NCBI RefSeq assembly: GCF_009914755.1
Contig: NC_060928.1
DNA: 64,000 bases
Strand: one strand, 5' to 3'
Source of the DNA: the human T2T-CHM13v2.0 reference genome, Homo sapiens
Part shown: one piece after another, positions 56,839-64,000 of the stretch
Position numbering within the stretch: position 1 is the first letter of the stretch
How the letters are laid out: each line of letters begins with the position of its first letter
The notes under the pieces: generated by a model
What the model saw: the letters and a program-made list of their open reading frames with translations, nothing else
Database searches by the model: none
What the model was told of the DNA's origin: nothing
Position numbers and translations under genes: made by a program

Positions 56839-59007
56839 GGTCTCTCTATTAAGAACAGGGCCAGTTCTATCTTGAGGTAGTTACCTTATTTTATCTTAAA
56901 AAATTCTAGATTTTATATTTGTTTTAATCTTTACATAGGCAGGTGTCCACAGCAACATTTTAAATGCTTTTAAAGATTTTCCTAATTCCAGCAAAGAACT
57001 TCCACCTGAATATGTAGAGAATTATATGCAACTGTTTCTATGAACAATGCAATTATTAGTACACAGAAAAAATTAAGTGTAATCTCATTATGAATCAACA
57101 GAAGCAACTATTCCAAAATTATAGAAAGGAAAATAGTTTTGGCCCCAAAACTCTAGTGTTTGAAAAGAACAGTGGCCTAGGAATTAAAGAATTATTATTT
57201 TTTTCTGTTCCTGGCATTTCTGAAAGACAGCTATGTTGACCCTGGGTGCGGGGCCTGTACTTTGACCCCAGTGGCTTTAAGGAAAATTATATATCTAAAT
57301 GGCAAAAATTCCCTTGAGTTTATAACGTAAATAATAATGAAATGTATGCTACTACTCTCTTCTGGGCTCTGATAAGTGGACCTGTGAGTAATGTGGGTTC
57401 TTGGAGTTCAGTTTTAAATAATGTCCTTAAAAAAAGTGATTTATTCATTGCCCCTCAGGTGTCTTAAAAGAGCACCTTCTGAAAGTTTCTTCAACATGGT
57501 TCACCATAGAAGATTTTGATTTATTCTTTTCCCTCACAGAGTAATCATTTTTTATCATGCTAACAGGCATCTTGGAAATGAATGAGATGTATTGATATTT
57601 TTCAGGGACTGAAAAAAGCAATTGCTCATACACTGTTGCTTTTCAAATGTTTTTCCCTCTAGCCTTTCCAGCAGCTCAACCAACTTGCTGCCTACCCCTA
57701 TGCTGTTTGGTACTATCCACAAATCATGCAGTATGTTCCTTTCCCACCGTTTTCCGACATCTCCAATCCCACTGCTCATGAAAATTATGAAAAAAATAAC
57801 GTCATGCTACAGTGGTGGTAAGTTCATTTAAATTACTACATCTTGATGTTCTACCAAAGGAATGAAATAGAATAGCTTGGAGAGGATACCATAAGAACAG
57901 ATTTAGATTAAACATGGCAAATCAATGCCTACTGCAAAGGACTAATATGTTCTGAAATGGAAAATTGATAATATTTTGTGGGACCTGTGGCTAATATTAT
58001 CAATTTCTTAGTAACATGTGGAACAGTATTATCTATTCTATAAGTGATATTTATTCTAATGAGCCTGGAAAATAACTTCTTTTCAAGTTAAAAATATAAA
58101 GACTTCTGACATGTAATTCAACATTATCCTTTTTGCGCTTTTACTAATCTTTAAATGACTTCCTTCTGGTTATACCTAGGATAAGTATAAAAACACTGGG
58201 TAGGTAATATAGCACATATTTTGGTGTTCAGTAGTCCTAAATTCAAATCCTAACCTTTTTGCTTACTTGAAATTTTATAATAATCCTTATTTATTATAAT
58301 CCTGAGGGTGATCAAATATAGTAATCTCTGTTAAGTATATTGTGGGCAAAATAAACACTGAATAGGTAAAAGTCCATTTTTTCCTGATTTAGCAAATCTT
58401 TATTAATGACTTCCTTTAATCACATGATTTTAACAATTTTCATTATTTCGGAAGAATTAAGTAAATTCTCAAGGAACTCCACAGTTAGGGCCCTTGGTAA
58501 GTTTGGAAATTATGTATCTAACCATTGATCTTATTTTTTATGGTCAAATAGACATCCTTAACAAGTCACATAGATAAATAAAGTGTTAGTCTGTCAACAC
58601 CACTTAAAAAGGTCTATAAGTTCAATTATTTTCACCACTACATTGGAGCTTCCAATTGTGTGTGTGTGTGTGTGTTTCCTTTTCCAGTGGTGGAAACTTC
58701 CCTTCTAATACATTAAACCAAGGAAAATGACCAAATTTTAACCTATGTGAAAGCCTTTTATTCTAATTGCATTGCCATATCTTCAGTAATACCACAAAAC
58801 AAAATACAATTTAGTAATAAAAATGTCTTTGTAGCTTAAAAACCAAGAGCAATGGATAGGTATGTCAGTAACAGGAAAGCATAAATAACATTGTGAGCCT
58901 GTCTAATACGAAGAGAAAATAGTAAAACGTGTTCTACCATAAGAGCTTTTCTTTTCTTCAAAAATATTTAATATAACTCACCACATATTTCTATTTCTAT
59001 TTACAGA
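45381..59007 (+). CDS. CSN1S1: Alpha-S1-casein precursor, spliced CDS, 185 aa: join(45381-45431,47037-47069,47515-47535,48751-48774,49281-49304,49391-49432,49946-49969,50625-50648,52000-52032,52845-52868,53841-53882,54868-54885,55358-55399,57663-57817,59007)
   Basis: All exons have AG/GT boundaries and join in frame to [185 protein letters not shown]. This matches human alpha-S1-casein as I recall it; casein signal peptide and SSSEE cluster present. Confidence 0.97.
47037..47069 (+). CDS. CSN1S1: CSN1S1 exon 3 (33 nt) [11 protein letters not shown]
   Basis: tcacag|AAA...CAG|gtaaat. Confidence 0.95.
47515..47535 (+). CDS. CSN1S1: CSN1S1 exon 4 (21 nt) NPSESSE
   Basis: ttacag|AAT...GAG|gtaagc. 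Confidence 0.95.
47957..47995 (+). pseudogene. Vestigial 39-nt casein exon ([13 protein letters not shown]), acceptor AG lost
   Basis: caataa|GAA ATT ATC AAA GAA GGA AAG TTT CTC AGG CTT CTT CTG|gtaagt; perfect donor, open frame, located between exons 4 and 5. Confidence 0.75.
48084..48366 (+). mobile_element. AluJ in CSN1S1 intron 4
   Basis: ctgggtgctgtggctcacacctgtaatccc...ggaggattgcttgagcccagg. Confidence 0.9.
48751..48774 (+). CDS. CSN1S1: CSN1S1 exon 5 (24 nt) PIPLESRE
   Basis: ttgtag|CCT...GAG|gtaaga. Confidence 0.95.
49281..49304 (+). CDS. CSN1S1: CSN1S1 exon 6 (24 nt) EYMNGMNR
   Basis: cctaag|GAA...AGG|gtaaga. Confidence 0.95.
49391..49432 (+). CDS. CSN1S1: CSN1S1 exon 7 (42 nt) [14 protein letters not shown]
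   Basis: ttttag|CAG...AAG|gtacca; preceded by an 86-nt intron; TAGCAG tandem acceptor. Confidence 0.95.
49946..49969 (+). CDS. CSN1S1: CSN1S1 exon 8 (24 nt) DTRNESTQ
   Basis: tggcag|GAT...CAG|gtgaga. Confidence 0.94.
50625..50648 (+). CDS. CSN1S1: CSN1S1 exon 9 (24 nt) NCVVAEPE
   Basis: cttaag|AAC...GAG|gtaaga. Confidence 0.95.
51119..51251. mobile_element. MADE1 (Hsmar1 MITE): one partial copy (51119-51171) plus one full palindromic copy (51175-51249), within an L1 3' fragment (~51025-51285)
   Basis: ttaggttggtgcaaaagtaattg...caattacttttgcaccaacttaa inverted termini, TA target duplication. Confidence 0.92.
52000..52032 (+). CDS. CSN1S1: CSN1S1 exon 10 (33 nt) [11 protein letters not shown], phosphoserine cluster
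   Basis: ttttag|AAG...GAG|gtaaat; SSSE plus the first E of the next exon forms SSSEE (FAM20C S-x-E motif). Confidence 0.95.
52845..52868 (+). CDS. CSN1S1: CSN1S1 exon 11 (24 nt) EMSLSKCA
   Basis: ttaaag|GAA...GCG|gtaaga. Confidence 0.93.
52938..52972. repeat. (CA)n microsatellite in intron 11
   Basis: about 17 CA units. Confidence 0.95.
52972..53001 (+). pseudogene. Vestigial casein exon remnant ([10 protein letters not shown]), 5' part replaced by (CA)n, donor GT lost
   Basis: (CA)n-CGG GAA AAC ATG CTA TAC CAA TGC CAT CTG|gaaagg; resembles recalled horse REDMLYQHTL at the equivalent position. Confidence 0.68.
53841..53882 (+). CDS. CSN1S1: CSN1S1 exon 12 (42 nt) [14 protein letters not shown]
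   Basis: aaatag|GAA...CTG|gtaata. Confidence 0.95.
54868..54885 (+). CDS. CSN1S1: CSN1S1 exon 13 (18 nt) QAAHAQ
   Basis: ccctag|CAA...CAG|gtgaga. Confidence 0.94.
55358..55399 (+). CDS. CSN1S1: CSN1S1 exon 14 (42 nt) [14 protein letters not shown]
   Basis: atgcag|GAG...GTG|gtaata. Confidence 0.95.
55986..56283 (-). mobile_element. AluS with (ATT)n tail in intron 14
   Basis: Reverse dimer. Confidence 0.92.
56415..56796 (-). mobile_element. MaLR (MST-like) LTR in intron 14
   Basis: tgccttagtttgttttgtgctgctatagcggaataccacagact...gggaaacacattcaaatcatag. Confidence 0.82.
56853..56876 (+). pseudogene. Vestigial 24-nt casein exon (EQGQFYLE), acceptor broken
   Basis: pyrimidine tract-tattaa|GAA CAG GGC CAG TTC TAT CTT GAG|gtagtt; resembles recalled EQAYFYLE/ELAYFYPE, the exon before the 155-nt exon in other mammals. 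Confidence 0.75.
57663..57817 (+). CDS. CSN1S1: CSN1S1 exon 15 (155 nt) PFQQLNQ...NNVMLQW + TG of the split stop
   Basis: ctctag|CCT TTC...CAG TGG TG|gtaagt; hydrophobic casein C-terminal domain; includes YVPFPPF (casoxin D sequence, 57732-57752). Confidence 0.96.
58452..58496 (+). pseudogene. Vestigial ~45-nt 3' UTR exon, acceptor AG>GG
   Basis: ttatttcgg|AAGAATTAAGTAAATTCTCAAGGAACTCCACAGTTAGGGCCCTTG|gtaagt; resembles the ~44-nt penultimate exon of ruminant CSN1S1 as recalled. Confidence 0.75.
58658..58675. repeat. (TG)n microsatellite
   Basis: about 9 TG units. Confidence 0.9.
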
Positions 59008-59385
59008 TATGATTGAAAATTTCATTCTCTGAATTTCTCCTCTCAAGGAAAACCATCTTATCTGAAGACTGGACTGTTGTTTTAGAATAGTAAAATCCCA
59101 TATTGAAGGAAATTGTTCTTTTTGAGTTATCTACTTAATAGCATATCATTCTTTTTCTTAAGCTAAATTTTCCTAGAGAGTTTATTGTCTAAATTTCAGT
59201 TGTGTCTTGCCATATGGAGGGCACCTAATCAGAGGGTATTAAAGTGTTTACTAAGTTTTCTAGTGGACATTTTGTTTAAAAAGTCTTTGAATTGCCAGTT
59301 CTGTAAGTGCCATCAATTAAAATAGTTTTGTGCAGTGACAGAGATTTTCTTTTTTCTTTTCAATAAATTACACTTTAAGGCAAAA
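59007..59385 (+). other. CSN1S1: CSN1S1 exon 16 (A of the TGA stop + 3' UTR; end approximate)
   Basis: ttacag|ATATGATTG; the first A completes TG|A; AATAAA at 59362-59367. Confidence 0.88.
59362..59367 (+). terminator. CSN1S1: Polyadenylation signal of CSN1S1
   Basis: AATAAA preceded by a U-rich tract and followed by a U/GU-rich element. Confidence 0.85.
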
Positions 59386-59389
59386 GCCG

Positions 59390-59563
59390 TATTTTCTGTC
59401 ATCATTCCATTCAACAGTATTTACATAATCATCTTAAGAGTCTTTGCATGTAACATTTGTTTTCATTAAATTAAAATCCATATTTTCTGTCATTATTCCA
59501 TCACCAGTATTTACATAATCCTATTAATAGTGTCATGTATGTAACATTTTGTTTTCATTAATT
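59390..59563 (+). repeat. ~91-bp tandem duplication just downstream of the polyA site
   Basis: tattttctgtcat(c/t)attccat...cagtatttacataatc...atgtaacattt...gttttcattaaatt starting at 59390 and 59481. Confidence 0.9.
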
Positions 59564-60699
59564 TTTTATGACAATTTCAATCACATTTTAGTGAAGAATT
59601 GTAGAACTGTTCACTTCTGGATGGCACTAGCAGCCAGATCATAAAAGGCATTTATAAACTTGTCCAATATCTTTAATTTATAGTCAGTGGTTTGTAGAAC
59701 ATTTTCCATGAGGACATTGTCAGAGCTGCAGAGAGGAACAACAGTGTGGCAGTTGTGGGCACACTAGAGTTTGAGCAACCTGACTATACAGTTTACTTAT
59801 GCCATCTGGACCTGTTTGAGTCCAATCCGGTTGATTATACCTAAGTTTATAGCTAGAGAAATAGATAATAGTCATTAAAAGATCAGCTCAGGAACACAGT
59901 AACCTGGTGTCCTTCAGAGCTGAAGTAGGAGCTATTTCTCTAAATAAAAATAGTTACTTGTTCTGATATTTTCAAAGCCCCAGGTGAGATTTACCTGTCA
60001 AGGTTTACTCCAAACTTCCCACACCAACCAATCTGTCATGATCCTTTAATGACCCATTGGATCCACCAGATCATAACACACAAGTGAAAAAGCTTCTCAC
60101 CCCATGGCCTAGACCATCTAGATAGACATTAGATGCTCAGTATTCTACCAAATTTATATACATTAGTATCCTACTACATATATAGAGAGAATATAAAATG
60201 ATAATATATTCTATATAAAGGGATAGAATATTCAGAACACTGTTTTATGTATGTGTGATTTTATGTATATATAAAATCCAATATTTTATGACTTAAAAAT
60301 CTAAAGAAACCAATTTAGCATTGGGTCCTCTGCCTTCTCCCTATGTTAGGAAGTACAAGGAGAAACAACTTGTTTTCTGATCCAGAGAAAGCCTGTGAAA
60401 ATACTGAGACTTCTGGGCCTGCAGGAAATTAATGGAGGAGGCAGGCTCCTGCATCTTCATAAAATATATCTCTGCAAAGGCCAAATAAGAAAACAGAATA
60501 ATATTATAATATGATTCATCACACTGCTTTATTTTAGTCTTTAACATTCATGGCAGTACTGCTTTTGATTTATTCTTTTATTATAGAAAGAGACATGATA
60601 ATGATTTCTAGTCAGTCTTTTTTTGACCTCCTTACTGCATACAGCAGTGAGGCAATACAGGGATTAGTTCACTTTATATGTATTTAAACTACACACTAG

Positions 60700-60987
60700 G
60701 GCCAGGCACAGTAGCTCACACCTGTAATCCCAGCAGTTTGGGAGACCGAGGCAGCCTGGCTAAAATGGGGAAACCCCATCTCTACTAAAACCACAAAAAT
60801 TAGCTGGGTGTGGTGGTAGGTGCCTGTAATCCCAGGTAGTTGGGAGGGTGAGGAAGGAGAATCGCTTCAACCCAGGATACACAGTTTGCAGTAAGCCAAG
60901 ATCACGCCATTGCACTCCAGTCTGGGCAGTAAGAGTGAAACTCTATCTCAATAAATAAATAAATAAATAAATAAAAATAAAAATAAA
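60700..60987 (+). mobile_element. AluS with an internal left-arm deletion
   Basis: gaccgaggcag|cctggc junction; (TAAA)n tail. Confidence 0.88.
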
Positions 60988-62489
60988 CTGTAGTCTTTAA
61001 ACTGGGAACTTACCATGAATGGCTTAGTCTGTCACTGGGCGACAAAAGAGGCAAACTCTGTTGGCAACACCATCTATTACCTGGCTTAAAGAAATCCCCA
61101 CATGAAGACCAGATCATCGAGACATTATTCATTCCAAGGAATTTGTGATAAGATAGAGCATGGATTCAAGTATCTGTAAGAAGATCAGATAGTTCCCTTT
61201 CTTCAAATAAATATCCAGAACTTATAGGCTCATGGTAAGGACCAGGATTAGATACATGATGTTATAATAGGATCCTTCCTGTAGATCTTTGATTTTTCTC
61301 TTCATTCAAGGAATTTGAATTCATAAACTTCTTCTTATTTAGAAACTGGGAGGTGAGAAGGGTCATTACTTTTTTTGATACAGCTTGAGGCAGAATTCTG
61401 TTCACCAGTCATGAAAATATTTATATGTTTATATCAAAAATCACCCCAGTGTTACTGTCACTAATTTTTTTCCTGGAGATATGATCATTAGCCTCAAACA
61501 GAAATCACTTCTGGTTTAACCATTTCTCATGAAATAATTATTTATCTCTAAAATTTTAACTACCACTTTGGTTTAGAAGTTTACCTGTTACCATCTTGGT
61601 TTGAAACCAAGCTTAGCTGTTTCCGCTTTCCCTAACTCAAAAAGGCAATTTCAATTTCTGTGTGCCTCTCACTAGAGTTTTTAGTCAACTACACTTGGGT
61701 AGAAAATAAAAGTATTTAAGAATATCTTTTAAAATTTATTCAGGGTGAATAGGTGAAATGATAGTCATCTATGCTGTGTCTGTAAACACATGGATGTGTA
61801 ATTAGAATTAAAATACCTATCTATAGATGTTTCTGAATGTTTCTGTTTTCACTATGGCTAAAAACTCTCTTGTACTGCCTTATTTCACACGAGTGAGATA
61901 ATGGTTGTGAAAAAAACATGAACTGAAGATTGCATGCCTCCCCCTTCCACTGTTCTTTCAAATCCATTGTTGCCATTCAGGAATACAAAATCCAAGTGTG
62001 ACCTGATATTGGGACTTATAGAAAAAAAAAACTAGAAATGCGGATTCATGTATAAAATCTCCTGGTTTCAATGCTGTCAATTTTTTAAATACGCAATGTG
62101 CAGTCCTCTTTTCCTCAGTGAATCAAAGTTCACTGGCCATATTTGGATCCTAAGATACCAGTCATATACTCTGCTATACATTAAAGGAAGCCTTTTCTAG
62201 GTTTTTGTTTGCTTGGTTGATTGGTTGTTTTTAATTTGTATTTCCAGTCAACATTAAATTTGAATCTTTGTTATGGTGAAGCAACAATAAAGAATGGGAA
62301 ATTAAGGTAACCATTAATGAAGATAAACAAAAAATGTATTAGTTCATCATGAAAAACAGGTGCAGTGGGAAGAATTTCATGAACATTTTGGAGTGATGGG
62401 TTCACTAATTTTTCCATCTATTTCAATATATTATACTCAGAAATTGGGGTTCTACTTTCCTAATTTTGAATTCCTGTGTTATTTTAATC

Positions 62490-62833
62490 GTTATTACTGA
62501 ATGTTTGTGCCCTCTACATTCGTATGTTTAAGACCTAATCCCTAATGTGATGGTATCTAGAGGCAAAGCTTTAGGGAGGTAATTAATTAGGTCATGAGGG
62601 TGGAGCCCCTCTGAATGGAATTAGTGCCTTTATAAGAGACACAACAGAGATGGAATTCAGCAAGAAGGCGACTGTCTGCATACCAGGAAAAGGACCCTCA
62701 CCAGATACTGAATCTACCAGTGCCCTGATCTTGGACTTTCCAACCTCCAGAACTATCAGAAACAAATTTCTGTTGTTTAAGCCATCCAGTTTATTATGTT
62801 ATTTTGTTATGGCAGTGCAAACTGACTATAACA
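62490..62833 (+). mobile_element. MaLR (MLT1A-like) LTR
   Basis: tgttattactgaatgtttgtgccc...cttggactttccaacctccagaact...aacaaatttctgttgtttaagcca. Confidence 0.85.
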
Positions 62834-63646
62834 TTAATTGTGTAATTCAAAATCTTGGTCTCAGACTTTTTTTCAAAAATTTAAGTTCTATAGCTATAAG
62901 CAATGAAAGATCTACTAGCATAGAAACATGACATACAGGAATTGGATTTGATTTTGTCAGGGCTCTCATAGTACCAAGTGACAGAAAAAAACTTTATCTC
63001 AAATTGACAAAAACAAGAAAGGAATTTTTAAATTTATGTCATACAAAATTACAAGAGTGAAATACAGTTGTATTTAAGAGCTTGAAGGTGGGCATTAACT
63101 CTTTTGTTCATCTCTCATTATTACTCTTTTCTGTACTGACTTAATTTGCAGGCTATGTTCATGTGATTGAAAAGATGGCTTGCCCACATCTTGAGACTCG
63201 ACAGTTATTCAGAACCTAAACCCAAAGGAAGTGATCATATTGCAGCTTCTCTGAGTGTTCATGCATCAGTAGAGCAATGCTAGTTGGTTCTGCTTATAGG
63301 AAGGGCCCCTTCCTTTGGATAAGGGACTGTGGTTCCATGATAACCCTGGTTTGAATTATAGGTTCACTTATTTAGCTGAGAATCATTAAACTCTTTATTC
63401 TTCATGTTAAGATACACCAAATTGCAATTGCAAAATTTCAAATTAAATTTGGTACATTATTTGAGCTTTTATTATTTTAAAAATTTCTCTCTTGAAGAAT
63501 ATATTTCAATGTCTTCCCATTTGCAAAAGTTGCTTTCAATCATTTCAGTAAAGCTAATATTTTCTGGTTCTTCATTTGTTAAATAATTTGAGCCAAGATT
63601 TCACCCAGCCTTTTAAACAAATCTAACCAAAATCTTGATGCTTTCT

Positions 63647-63940
63647 TATATTAGTTTCCTAAGGCTGTTGTAACAAAGCACCATAAACTAACTGTTCAAA
63701 AAAAAAAACATAAATTCATTCTCTCACAGTTTAGGAAGGTAGAAGCCTAAAATCAGTGTGTTGACAAGATCATGCTTCCTTTAAAGGCTTTAGGAAGAGC
63801 CCTTCCTTGCCGCTCCCTACTTCTGGTGGTTGCTAGCAATCATTGGCATCCTTAAACTTGTAGCTGTATTTTGTGGCTGCATCATCCAACTTCTGCCTCC
63901 ATCTTCTGAGGCCATATTTCCTCTGTGTATGTATGTGCAT
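63647..63940 (-). mobile_element. MLT1 LTR (partial), followed by the start of a reverse Alu (~63959-64000)
   Basis: tattagtttcctaaggctgttgtaacaaagcaccataaact...ttctctcacagttt...cttccttgcc. Confidence 0.75.
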
Positions 63941-64000
63941 AGATTCCCGCCCCCCAAAATTTTTTTTTTCTTTTTGTGAGAGAGGTTCTCTGTTGCCCAG

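Noticed and set aside
57555-57831. ORF-track peptides over exon 15
   Set aside because: Wrong frame or strand; the real frame is PFQQLNQ... starting at 57663.
59600-64000. Expected neighbour CSN2 (convergent) downstream, and SULT1E1 upstream
   Set aside because: No beta-casein or sulfotransferase exons recognised; they presumably lie outside the window.

Overview
AT-rich, repeat-dense primate (very probably human) genomic DNA, not prokaryotic. The single intact protein-coding gene is alpha-S1-casein (CSN1S1, + strand, ~43893-59385). I reconstructed it by hand as 16 exons; 14 carry coding sequence and splice to a 185-aa precursor ([17 protein letters not shown]...NNVMLQW). The TGA stop is split across the last intron. 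The proximal promoter has STAT5 (GAS), Runx/Oct and TTTAAATA elements. The 44 kb upstream is intergenic: L1, L2, Alu, MaLR/ERVL LTRs, a solo LTR12 (ERV9) oriented toward the gene, and a decayed intronless SLC25A16-like fragment. Most supplied ORFs are repeat-derived or chance, and the ORF track misses nearly all real exons. I found no convincing new biological system. The most interesting signals are four or five 'dead' casein micro-exons in the introns with visibly broken splice sites, a scar consistent with a duplicated-then-deleted exon 6-7 module, a MADE1 hairpin in intron 9 and the LTR12 as a possible alternative promoter. Orthologue comparisons and repeat subfamily names are from memory and need alignment or RepeatMasker confirmation.
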